Shown in pieces: positions 25,871-38,179 of a DNA stretch of 64,000 bases. Numbering within the stretch: position 1 is the stretch's first letter; each line of letters opens with the position of its first letter. The position numbers and the translations under genes were made by a program. The notes below the pieces were generated by a model that was given only the letters and a program-made list of their open reading frames with translations, had not been told where the DNA came from and searched no databases. Source of the stretch: Glaucostegus cemiculus (Eukaryota); assembly GCA_976551045.1 (NCBI GenBank), contig CDPCPM010000049.1, positions 5,642,001-5,706,000 on the forward strand, in the 5' to 3' direction.

Positions 25871-26559
25871 TTGCTCCAAAGGTGGTACTTCGGTAGTTTG
25901 TGAATAATATTTGAAGATTGAATTAAATTTACCTTCAGCAAATTTTATATAAAATATGCTCCTTTAATGACGCAGCCACCATATTAACTATTTTTAAAAA
26001 GAGTTTGACTTAGGAAAGACAGATTCATCATTCCATTGTTCCCACCTTCAATTCAAGGAAAAGCTGATCATACTTATTTCCTGCTGCAATAAGTATGTAA
26101 AGCTGCCTGGTTAGTTTATTTTTTAATAGTAAAGAAGATGTATCCTTTTGCAAGATGAGGCATTTAATGCCAATCTAGGAGATTAACAGAGCTTTTACTT
26201 ACCATGTTTAATTTTAAATTTAGCAATTTTCTTTTAAAGTTTTACAACTTGGAAAATTTCAGAGTGATCTTGCGTGCAATGCCAATGCTAAATTTGTGCT
26301 GGTTTAAATGTACTTACAGTGAGATCAGTGTTTTCCTTAATGGCGAGTTCCATCTCCCTCCTTCATTAAATCAGCTCCCATTCTTGATCATTATGCAAAG
26401 ATTGTCATTGGTACAGGTTGGGTTTCCTTGTATGTCCCACTTCCATCATTATTTAAAGGCTTGCAAACACACAAACTGAAGGCTTACATACTGAAGGGCT
26501 TCCCAAATTGTCAATTCCAAATTCCGGACAAAGAATCTTAACTGCCCATTTAATGGATA

Positions 26560-26775
26560 CTTCCCTTCACCCTATTACAGATATTCCCCTTCTTCCACCC
26601 ACTGCCTTCTCTGCTATCTCGACATTCATTTTCTTTTTCAGTTCTGATGAAGGATCTTTGACCTGAAACATCAGCTGTTTCTCTTCCCACAGATGCTGCC
26701 TGAGCTGTTGAGTTTTTCCAGCATTTTCTGTTTTTATTCCAGACTTCCAGCATCTGCATCTTTTTTGATTTTCAC
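26560..26775 (+). mobile_element. Penelope-like terminal repeat
   Basis: cagttctgatgaaggatctttgacctgaaacatcagctg...cacagatgctgcctgagc...ccagcatctgca. Confidence 0.8.
26639..26677 (+). ncRNA. Minimal type I hammerhead ribozyme motif (PLE-associated)
   Basis: Stem I CAGTT/AGCTG, core CTGATGA, stem II AGG(A)TC-TTT-GACCT, GAAA, putative cleavage triplet ATC. Confidence 0.6.
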
Positions 26776-27102
26776 TTCTCAAGTTCTGGTTGAACCCAGT
26801 TAGCTGATGGGGTCACAATCCATGCACCATATTCTGCCTGCTGCGTTACCTTGAGCACTGGAGCCATCCCATCCCATCCCTTGTTCCATCCCCCTCCACC
26901 CCATTTGCTGCTGGGAGTCTGTCAGACTGGCCCCTCCCATTGTCAGACTGCCCCTCTCCACCCTCACTGTCTCAGTAGCCTGTGTTAATCTTGAAGTGTG
27001 GGAATGATGTACTTACCTACTCTACCAATGTACAGCAACTGGAGTTAACAGTGCACATCTCTAACCCTAACTGTCTTGTGATACGCAGGGCAGCAAGAGT
27101 TC

Positions 27103-28135
27103 AACAAGAGTCGGTGTTGGGGCACCTTCTTTTTACTCTATACATTAATGATTTAGATGAAGGAGTAAATGGCTTTGTGGCTAAGTTTGCGGATGACACT
27201 AAGATTGGTGGAGGAGTGGAGAGTATTGAAGAGACAGGAAAGTTGCAGAGAGACTTAGACAGTCTAGGAGAATGGGCGAGGAAATGGCAGATGAGATTCA
27301 ATGTGGAGAAATGTGCAGTTGTGCACTTTGGAAGCAGAAATAAATGGGCAGACTATTATCTCGAAGGAGATAAAATTGGAAGTACAAAAGTACAAAGGGA
27401 CTTGGGGGTACTTGCACAGGATAACCTAAAGGTTAACCACCAGGTCGAATCGGCAGTCAGGAAAGTGAATGCTTTGTTGGCATTCATTTCGAGGGGTGTA
27501 GTGTATAAAAGCAAGGAAGTGCTGATGAGGCTATATGGGGCACTGGTGAGGCCTCATTTGGAGTACTGTATACAGTTTTGGGCCCCATATCTTAGGAAGG
27601 ATGTACTGATGTTGGAGAGGGTTCAGAGGAGATTCACGAGGATGATTCCTGGGATGAAAGGGCTTACGTATGATGAGTGTCTGTCAGCACTTGGACTGTA
27701 CTCACTCGAGTACAGAAGAATGAGAGGGGACCTGATAGAAACATTCAAAGTGTTGAAAGGACTGGACAGAGTAGATGTGGCAAAGCTGTTTCCTTTGGTG
27801 GGGGAGTCCAGGACCAGAGGGCACAACCTTAGAATTAGAGGGTGCAGGTTTAAAACAGAGATGAGGAGAAATTTCTTCAACCAGAGGGTGGTGAATTTGT
27901 GGAATTCCTTGCCACAGAAAGCAGTGGAGGCCAGATCATTGGAGATATTCAAGAAGGAGATAGATAGATATCTAATTGGTCGAGGTATCAAGGGATATGG
28001 AGCAAAGGTTGGAATTTGGGGTTAGAATAAGTTTCTTTTCTTCCCCCCCTTTTCCGCCACCCCCTTCCCTGGAGCAGACTCGATGGGCCGAATGGCCTAT
28101 GTCTGCTTCCTTATCTTGTGATCTTGTGATCTTCA
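27103..28135 (+). mobile_element. 5'-truncated CR1 LINE with uninterrupted RT C-terminal frame
   Basis: SVLGHLLFTLYINDLD, KFADDTKIGG, LVRPHLEYC and WNSLP motifs with no stop until 28025. The 3' UTR ends in (ATCTTGTG) repeats. Confidence 0.95.
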
Positions 28136-28139
28136 TGAG

Positions 28140-28450
28140 GACAATAAGAAAAAGTGGGTGGGTGGCAGGGAAAAAGTGAAGGAGAAAATGGAGGTCTTCT
28201 TGCACAGCAAGCATCTATGGAGAGTGAGACACAAAAGAAGAGAGAATGAGATGGGGAAGTGGTGTAAGAAGGACAAGCAGCAGATAGGAAGAAAAGGGGA
28301 AGGAGGGAGGATAAGGAGGGTGATCATGTAAGCAGAGGGTAAATGGAAGGGGAGAATGGGGAGGAGGGAGAGCAAGGAGAGAGAGTGAAGGGCTATCTAA
28401 CTGCTCTGCCAGGGAGTGAGAGACTCTGACAGACAGGAGAAAGAGTGACC
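28140..28450. repeat. Purine-rich (GA) low-complexity tract
   Basis: About 300 nt dominated by G and A on the + strand. Confidence 0.7.
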
Positions 28451-28569
28451 CTGCGATCTCAACCCCCAGCCCATTGGCTAAGCTGTGTACTGGAAAACAA
28501 GGTAATGCCTGGGTTTGAGGAGCTTCCATGCATGCAAGTTGTGGAGACAACAAAATTCAAATGTCCCCA

Positions 28570-28800
28570 GTCTCACCACTGAGTCAGAAAGCAGTGGGTT
28601 TGATCACACTCCTGAACCTTGAACTCATAAATTGAAACTCCAGCAGAGAATTGGGAGAGTGCTGTACTGTTGGAGCTACACCTTCAGGTGAAGGTCTGGA
28701 CTCCTCCCTCAAAGAGTTATAAAGGAACTCAATACACTATTCAATGAATAACTAGAAGTTTGGTGTCTGGCTAATACTTACCAAAGTCACTGTAATAAAT
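28570..28800 (+). mobile_element. Deu-SINE-like (SacSINE-type) element, 5' part
   Basis: tgagtcagaaagcagtgggtttgatcacactcc head and gggagagtgctgtactgttggag, recalled as a Deu-SINE-like segment. Confidence 0.55.
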
Positions 28801-29441
28801 TACCCAGCCAGATCAGATTGAAATTTGTGGGATATTATTTTGCACCAATTATGATATTCTTTGTTTGCTGATTTTGTTCGGTTGGCTTCTGGGGTCATGT
28901 GAGAATTCAAGTATTAAAATGCAGTAATACTTCTGCTTGGTATGAGCTGGGTTAGTTGAGATGCTAAAAATAATTTATACCATTGACTATTCTCCAGCAA
29001 GGACTCTTGTCTCCCAGAAGTGAAGATAGGAGAGAAACTCAATTGTAACTTGCTCATAAGAGGGTTTTTAAATCAGTTAATTAATTAATCTTTGCAAGGA
29101 AGCTATTTCCTAGCAATGAGCTAAGTGCTAATAAGTAGCTCCAGGAAGGAAGAAAAATTTCCTGAACAGCATGCAAAATGGGACCAATAGCGTAACAACT
29201 GCTCGCCTTCATTGCTATCTGTCTGAACTTCTTTAGACAAATGTCTACATCAGTGTGCTTAAATGCTGATTTCTGCTCTGTCGGCCACAGACTAACGGCA
29301 GCACAGCAGTAAAACCAGATTACCCATTTCTACATTTGGATGTAGAAACAGTCAGTGGGTGCTATTTCTATGTCCCAGTTCATTTGAATCCTTCCATTTG
29401 TTACTCTCCTATCCTTATCACTGATGTTTAAAATGACCTTT

Positions 29442-31786
29442 CACTAGAAATTGGATTGCATTTACTTATGGTGCACTAAAATGTGACAGTGTTTAGGGCC
29501 AGTGTCCAATTGAATCTGCTGCAGAAAAGTGTGAATTTGGTCAAAAAGATTCTTGAAGCAGAATTAGGATGGATTGTACCCAGAAACAAGTGGTAAAATG
29601 GGACTGGTGTGATTCCCAGTGGAGTCTCATTCATTCTTGTGCATCTCCTGATATGTGCCATCCATGAACCAGGGAAAGGTAATATTTGTTAAAGGGACAC
29701 TCCCTGAAGGCAGCTAGATACCAACAACACCCATTTTGACTGCCATAGTGCAGAGAGACTTGGGGAGGGGGGAGAAGTAGTTCCCACGTTCACTTAGAGG
29801 GATTTTCAAATTGTAGCCAGAAGATCATATGTGCCAGAGAATACACAAGATCCACAAAGCCCACTATAAGATGAATCTGGTGGGAGATGGCTATGAACTG
29901 TCTTCCAAGAGTTACAATCCTCACACAATGGAGTAATGGTGACAGGAATTTCATATCCTCAAAAGAGTTTTCTTGGTGATCTGCACACCACTCCTAATGC
30001 CCAGAGTGGAGATCCTCAAAGGAAAAATTTTTTATGTGCAGATATGAGTTCTTCAAGTAAGGTGCCACTTATCAGGAAATACAGAGATTTTGCACTTAGT
30101 ATTTCGGGTGACTGGAGCAGAGGTTCATTCCTCCACAAGCTGTAATCAGTGCAGATGGATATGCACAGCAGAAATGGAAGGACTTCCTGTATCACCTGGG
30201 CTCTGCCAGATGATTATTGGAATATTATGTTGGCCGTAATGATTGAGGAGTGAAGAGGTTGACTTAGTTTGCACAAAAGACTTCAGAGGAAGGGTCTGTC
30301 TCTATTAAGAAGTCTGTAACTGCCCAGGCCAACCATGTTTCCATCCTCTGCCCAGCTGGGAGATGAGGTTGTGGCTGCTGAGCAGGGACAGCCACCAGTA
30401 GCGGCTTTCTTCACATCAGTTCTCTTGCTCCTGAAATGCTTCAGGTTTGATTTCATGGCCATCAGGGTCAGTACCTCCTTGATCTTCTTCCTCTGGCACC
30501 ACTGCTGACTTCAGTTGTGTAGCATGTGCCACATCTGCCTGGTGTATACTGTAGTGTAACAATGAAATTTCATCTGGAGCATAAACGATGGCTTTTTTCC
30601 ATCTCTGCCCTGGTACTTACATTGCTTTTGTTTTATCTCTGCTCAGCCATTGCAGGTAGAGGAGCACTGGTGAGAAGAGCCAAAGGAGTGGAGGTTCATC
30701 CATGTCCCCCAGGATGCATGCCTCTGGCAAATATCTGGAAGCACCAACATTCTCAGGATGAAGCAGTGATGTGTGTTTCTCAGAAACTTGGCACTCACTA
30801 TGAGGAAATTCGTCTCATGATCCACAGCAAACTGAACTTTGAGAGAATGGAACCCTTTCCTGGTGATGAAAAGGTCTGGATTATTAATGGGAGCCTTTAG
30901 GGACAAACGAGTGGATTCACCATGGAAAACAAGAAATGCTGAGATCCCTGTTCTCAAGTCACCATTGGTTCATCACTGAAATCAAGGTAAATTATATAAT
31001 TTCTTCATCAATATGGTGTTTGGGTGACCTCTCTGAGACAGCAGTGAGGAGCAACTTACAAGACATGGCAGAGAATTTCTGCAACATCTAGAAAATGTTT
31101 TATGATGAGGAAGTTCAGAATCATTATGACACTGACCTCCCTGCAGACTGCAGTCCAGGCATGAATGGATGACTAAAGGTCTTCCTGCAAACTGATGCAT
31201 ATTTCAGTTGTGATGATTTAGGAACTATAGACTGGCAAATTCATTGTTCTTCTGAGAGGCTCAGGTTGTGATGTCTCCAAATACTGTTTGGGAGCAGACT
31301 GCTCTGAGATGAGCATATCATTGCCTCCTGTCAGAGATCCATGATCCACACTTTGTGGCCAGTCATGGCCATAATATTGCCTTCAGTAATGGGTATTGCC
31401 AGCTGTGGCATGACTGACAGAGCCATGGAACAGACAACTCAGTAGCTAAATGCTGCAGGAAACTCTCCCTGTTAGTTTAAGCACTTTGTGGACTTTGGAT
31501 GCTGTCTCTGCAAATTTCAATGAGTTCTGAAGCTGCCTATTAGGTTCTCCAATATTGGCAGAGTATCCCTTCAAATAACGGTAAAAGCAACAAATCAGCT
31601 CCTGTGTGGAAATGAGTATTTGTGAATAATGACATCATTAGGTGAGTGTCTGACACCTGCTTGGTCCAACTTTGTGATTGGTGATTTCATCCAGAAATAT
31701 TCACTGGCATGTTCTACTCGGCGAAATATCCAATTTTACACCATTAGCACCTAAAAGACATGCACTAAGCTATCCAGTTTCAAGGC
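29442..31786 (-). mobile_element. Decayed PIF/Harbinger DNA transposon (transposase on -, Myb/SANT-like remnant on +)
   Basis: Minus-strand APINNPDLFITRKGFHSLKVQFAVDH...SAKFLRNTHHCFIL (HARBI1/DDE_Tnp_4-like) at 30750-30900, with further remnants on both sides. Imperfect inverted termini at 29444-29459 and 31769-31784 (13/16 match). Confidence 0.75.
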
Positions 31787-32427
31787 ATCCGTACTTCATT
31801 AGCAGCAGTTCATTGCAATGAAATGATTAATCTAAGGCCACATACCTTGCCGCTTTGCACCATCAAAGTTGTAATACTTGCGACTGTTGAAATGTGTCCA
31901 CTCTCATATGGAGCTAGCCTGCTGCAGAACAGTAAAACAAGGAAAATCCCACTGTCACTTTACAAAAGAACACACAATAAATTCAATAGATAAATTTACA
32001 AAATTAACCGAGAGCTACTGCTGTTAGAATCATTCAATGCTACCATTTGGTTCAATGTGTTTGTACAAGGGTCTCTTAAACAGGGGTCCATTTTGTCTCC
32101 TACTCCTGCCCTTGTTCCAAACTGTATTAACTCACATATTATTTTTCCTTTTTAAATGAGTATATTTCCATGTGTTAGAGGTTTTATTGATTCTGCTTCC
32201 ATCATATCCATTATATATCAAAGTATGCATCTGTATAAAAATACTTTCCCTGTCTATTCCCTTTATTCTTCCGGTGATGATAAGTTTATCCCCTTGAGCT
32301 ATCAATCAACAATCATATTTCTGATTTAGTTTTTCATGAGCAGATTATATCTATGATTTAGTTACATCTATGAGCAGAGCTGTCTCTAACTTTCTTTCTT
32401 CTGGTGTATTTAACAGAAAAATTCCCT

Positions 32428-32636
32428 GAGACACAAAAAAAACTGCTGGGGGAACTCAGTGTGTCAGGCAGCATCTGTGGGGGAAAAGGGATCGTCAACA
32501 TTTCAAGTTGAGATCCTGCACCAGGACCTGAAATGTTAGCTATCCCTTTGCCTCCACAAATGCTACCTGACCCATTGAGTTCCTTCAGCTGTGTATTTTT
32601 GCTCCAGTTTCCAGCATCGGCAGTGTCTTGCACTCC
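32428..32636. mobile_element. Inverted pair of Penelope-like terminal repeats
   Basis: A minus copy (to ~32527) directly joined to a plus copy; the ~70 nt arms are reverse-complementary with mismatches. Confidence 0.8.
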
Positions 32637-33739
32637 CAGTGAGACATGCCTGGTTATGTCCATTAACTCATAGTTCACAATAATAGGCTGGAAAATTACC
32701 AGGATTTACTAATTAATTTAAAGGCCATTTTGTTGGGTTTATGTTCTGATATCAACTTTTCTCATCCTTTCTTTTTCTTTGGAGATGACATCAAACTGGA
32801 TGTGTGTGGAAGAGTTGATTATAATGTGCATTCCTTTTGCCTTTTCTGCCAAGCTTTCAACATCAGTGAATTTGCAATGCTTTTGTCAAGTGATTTTAAT
32901 TTTACTTTGATGCACACTGTATAGTACAACTCCCAGTGCATGTCAGCAAGTGATATGACAACACTTACAGAAAATTGTCTCAAATCAGTTTCACAACCAG
33001 ATGCAGCAGAATTCCAGACAGTACAAAAATAAGAATTAATATTAAAATGCAACTACTATTTGTATTATTGTGAATACCAGTGAAATATGATGGTTCAAAC
33101 ATACCCTTCTCCATTTGCTGAGCCAGAGATCAACAGAATCTCAGAAGTGACAGTGATAGGGCTTTATCCCACCATCAGATCCTCACACCAAAATGAAGCA
33201 AAGGAACTATGGTCCAAAGTGTCATCAAAACCTGAAAGCACTACTGTTGAAGATGTAGCGCTGATAAAGGAAGCCTAAACAACTAGCAGTGCGTGGCTAT
33301 CAAAAGAACCCTCTGTATTTAATGTGACATCCTCAAAGACTTTCTTGATTCACCCGCAACTTCATGTGTTAAATTTGTTAGTAGAAGACTTTCTTAGGTA
33401 ATAGAGAAGATAAATTTAGTTGCTTGCTCTTTGTTCACATAGGTTAACTAAGTAGCCATTTGTCAATTAAACAGTTTTTATGTTAATATTTAAAACAATT
33501 GGAGATTACATTAGCAATGTAAGGTTATTTCAGAAGCTCCCTCGAATGTACTTCAGAAAACATTCTTAGTTGAATGAATGCAAGAGTTAACTTGGCAATT
33601 GTGACCTTGATAATTTAGTTCTGCTTGACTATGGCGATATGGAATTAAGAAATGGTCCTATTTTTTAAAAAAACGTACTGCGTATATTCTAAATTTCTTC
33701 CATTAATGTATCCTTTTAAATATAAATAAAATAAAAGGT

Positions 33740-33838
33740 TCCCTCATAACAACAGTGACTACACTTTAGAAGTATTTAAATTAATGCTTTGGATGCCCCC
33801 GGGATTGTAAAAGGCACAGATCATACATTCTTTTTAAT
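33740..33838 (+). mobile_element. Deu-SINE-like 3' tail fragment
   Basis: acaacagtgactacactttagaagta...gctttggatgccc...gtaaaaggcac. Confidence 0.5.
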
Positions 33839-36800
33839 ATTAAACATAGTAGGGGCTCACTTCTGGATCTGTGCATTGTCTAATGACCAACTAGTGACTG
33901 CCCTCCTTTGCCTCAAAGTCGCTTTGGAGTTGACTTAGCTCCAAAGGACACACCGCCCAGTGGAATAATGGAATCGCATCAGTTCTCTGATAGACTTGGT
34001 CATTCAATACCTGAGTCAGCAGGTCTGCAGAGCTCCAGAAGACTGCTGGTGACTAACTGGCTAATCTGGTTCTTTGTTAAAACCTAGAAGGGTGGTCCTG
34101 TGACTGGGGGCCTGGGATTCATCTCTCACAGTGTGCGAAGTAAAGCTCCAATGGGCAGAGGGCTCCCGCCGAGAAGGCTACGAGTGTTCAGCGCTGGGTT
34201 TAATCAAGTAAATACCAGCTGCATCTCCTTCACACTCCTGGGGGCCTTGGAATTTTGCAAACTATATTCATTCATGTTTATTTAAATGAGGTGTACATGC
34301 AAAGTGAATTTGTCACCCCATTACCATCCAACCAGATGATCTGTTTGGGTAGACATCTCCGTCATTTAGGTTAAATACTTAAAAATGGGATGTGTTTCCT
34401 GGCTGATCATAATGTCCTCTTTTGTACATTATGTGGCATCAAACGTCGTTTTGGTTTTAGAGGATTAAACAACTTCACAGCGGTGAAAAGCAATGTCAGA
34501 ATTGTATTGTCTGATATTTTCCTTATTTGCAGATCAACATCGAAGCGCGGAATGAACAAGGAAACGCGAATCCAAGACGTTTTAATCTGTAGAATTGTGA
34601 CCAAAAAATAATAAAAGCATGCAATTGTTTTTTTTAAAATTCAGACTCTAGTGCCGTGCTTTTTTTTTAAAGTTTCTGAGATAATTCCCGTCACGGGGAT
34701 CTTCATTTAAGAATTATTTTTCTCTCGACAGTGATTGGAAGTATTTTGAAAATAAGTGCCATTCCAGTTTTGAAGTCCATCAACTTGTTTGAACCAGTTT
34801 ATATTTGCCAGAGTGTTCTTGCTTGGTGAAAGTTGAAAGAGCAAATGTATGCATAGGGGCTTCGGAACTGTGAACTCTGCGCTGGACAGGCGACACCTCT
34901 GAAACTAGACATCAAATACAATAGAATCGGCATTCTGATATATGTAATAACAGCTCACATTTCAGATTATTGACACAGACGTTTAACTTTAAACTTAAAA
35001 TATCTCGAATAAGAGGAAGAATCTAAGTGGCTCCCTGTAAAAAGCAACGAAAGTGAATTTCTCATTTTTTTAATCTGCTGCTGGATTCTCTAGTGTAGTG
35101 GATGACACATCTAATTAAAGACTAAATATGTCAATTAAAAATATGATTAACACGACTCCGCTGACCAGTTTGGGAAGAGCGGGCACTCTGAGGTTGGAAC
35201 TCAGGTGCACCGAGATCAGCGCCGGCGGCAGGTAGAACAAATTTGCAATTAACACGGTCCAATTTCTTGGCTTCTGCGCTTTTCGAAGCAGGTTTTTTTT
35301 TAATATAAACTACGATATGTCACGTTTCCGTATGGCTTTTAACATAGACGTTAAAATGGATAAAGTAGGCGAGGTGATCTCCCGAAGTTGTGGGATATTG
35401 TTTCGCTCTCCTTTGAGAATATAACGAAACTTTAAGAAGGCTACTCTAATTGAACTGATCAGGGTTGACAGAAGGGAAATTATCCTTTTAGTTCAATGGA
35501 CGGCAAAGCCAAGGTCCCGTTGTTAGCACGAAACTTAGATTAAGTTTACAAGCGAGCAATATCAGGGAGAGCACCAGCGCTGAAGGGAAATCTGAAAAGG
35601 AATAACCCCCTATCTAGTCCGAAGGTGAAAATCAGTATTTACAGATATTGTACCGAATATTTCAATGTATAGTTAATGCTTGGTAGATTTCGTCACTTGA
35701 CTAATTCCAGACCTTGGCATTAAACGACATCCAACATAAAAATCTTAATTGAATCTATTCGGAAACAACCGCGTTTCTGCTATTCCAAATCTACTCTTTG
35801 TAATAGTGATTAAAATTAATCTTTTCATGAAACATTGACCCTCGCCAATAACGTGACAAGGTCCATAGGCGACGTAAAGCCATATTGCTGACATTCAACT
35901 CTTTTCAGTCACGATGCAAATGATTATTCAAGAAGGATGTTTCAGTTAAAAGAAACACTACAGTTGTCTTTAATTGTCGCCATGCGTCTAGAAAAATGGT
36001 TGCTTGAAGAAAGTATTAAAGTGTTAACAATATCTCCGCAAACATTTTACATGCCCGCCGATGGAGAAGGAGACGAGTGGGGTATTCTATCTTGCTGTCT
36101 CCCATTGCATGGGAACTGCCCCAATATTGTTCACACACCTACAGTAGCAGAGTATCATAAACCTATTCTGGAAACAGATTGTCTCTCGGGGGCTGATATA
36201 TACATATAAATATGGATATTGTGTCCTTGGCGGCAGGCAGAATTAGGGCAATACCCATATCGGAAACCCGAGCCAGACAGATGGGAGCTCACAACGCCCC
36301 CGGTTTGCACCTTCTGCAACACTGGGTCAGAGATATCCCATCGGAGCACGATGGCAATGAGGTCTGAATGCAAGAAACAATTTCATTTAACCACATTCAT
36401 TTTAATCGAGTGGCGTGTTTCCCATTTTAACCGTATCAAGGGATTTTCCCTGTATTTTTGGTTTGCTCCGATGCAGTTGTAATGTGCAATCCTGATTAGG
36501 TCGGTAAATTGATTTAATTTGCAACTGCACGTTTGGGTTCTCATTTAAAAAAAACAGGCTGCATCGAATGGAAAGTTTCCACACAGTTTGCAGCGGCTGA
36601 AGAATGTCTGGTTAACTGCGTGGCTCGGTTGGAGTCCTGTGAAACCTGCTCCTCCCACTCCCATATTTCAGCTGTTTAAAGCAAACTGACGTTGCGCACA
36701 TTAACCCAAGACGGAGTTTCACACCCGCCCCAGTCAAGAGGACTGCAATTACAATAAAATAAAGCGAAGCCCATCTGTTCGCTCTACCGCTGCCTTTCCG

Positions 36801-38179
36801 ACACTCTGTTCCATTGCCACAGCAGCACTGGGGCTGGGACCAACCGACCACATTGCATTCCTGGAAACTTGGCCACTGGGCGAATTTAAAACCTCGAACA
36901 AGTGTACTTTTCAAGGATTAATCCATGCAAATATTTACAGCCACAATTGCCTGACTGTTGGCATCAGTGGGATTCCATAGAGAAAGAGACTGAGGTATCC
37001 TTACTCTGTGCTCCAGAACTAGGCCACGTCTATTCGCGGTTCAGTTTCCTTTGCTGTGTAGTGCAGCGACTGTGTAAATTGTACGTTCTGATGTTTAACA
37101 TACAAATAAATATTTTACTCTGTGTACGTCTATTGATGCTTGCTGTTTTTTAAGGGACATTTTATGACGCGGGAGAGGCGAAGCATCGCTGTATATCTGC
37201 ACCTGTCTTTTCACAAAGATAAATAGCTGGAATTATTTAATAGTCGGGTTGGAGCTCTATCCCTGTAGAATTTATCCAGGAAGCAGGGGCTTTACAGTGA
37301 AAAAAATGCAGGAAGGCTAATATACAAACCTGCGAGTTCTGAAAATAAGAAGGTGTGGTTTTGAACAATAATTGTGGGTGTGCCTCGGGATTTCGTTGCT
37401 TTGCTCGATTCTGTTTAGCTCAACCCTGGTTACGCTGGAGGATATAAATGCTGGGAGAAGGAACGGATGGAGAGCCATCCCGAATTCTCAGCCTGAAGTT
37501 GGATGTTGGCCAGTCAGCCGAGAAAGGGACTGAAGAAGGGGGCAATGTAATTGGACATTAAATTGTTGTAAAGGACACATTTACGAGTTAAAGTAAAAGT
37601 GACTGCACCGACACTGCACAACAATTGTTGCTGGGCATTTTACCGACGGTCGGGCTTCCAGATACATTGTGATGGGCACTGACCGACACACACGGTCAAC
37701 ACACGGAGCTCAACAGAGCGAGCCTGTGTCCGCCCCACACTCCCCTGTGTTCTACTCCCGGCCAACGAGTACAACACAATCTCCTGCCAGACTTAATTGG
37801 CAAGAACTGAATCAAACTAGAAAAGACGCTTCAACTCCATGTTGATGCTGATCATTCTCTCTGTTGAAGCTCGCATTAGGTTAGGGGAAGGAAGATGTGT
37901 TACTCACCTGGACTCCCTTGCGCTCTCCGACCTGATCCGCACGGGGCTGCGGTTTGTCGGGAATCCCGGCTGGCAGATCAAAAGGATCCTTTCAGGGAGC
38001 GGTGTCTGCACACACTAAACCCGAACAAATATTCCCGCCCCTCGTTCTGCGGAGCTGTAACTCGCCGGCTTGTTCGTCGAGGGTTCCGCGCGGTCCTATC
38101 GCCGCTTTTTCATTTCTGGACACCGCTCTTTTGTTCAGGCAGTCCCCGGGGGAGCGGACGACTTGCTTTCACTTTTTGA

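Noticed and set aside
26982-28025. 347-aa ORF as a host gene
   Set aside because: It is the truncated CR1 ORF2; the first ~40 codons are flanking DNA with a non-ATG start.
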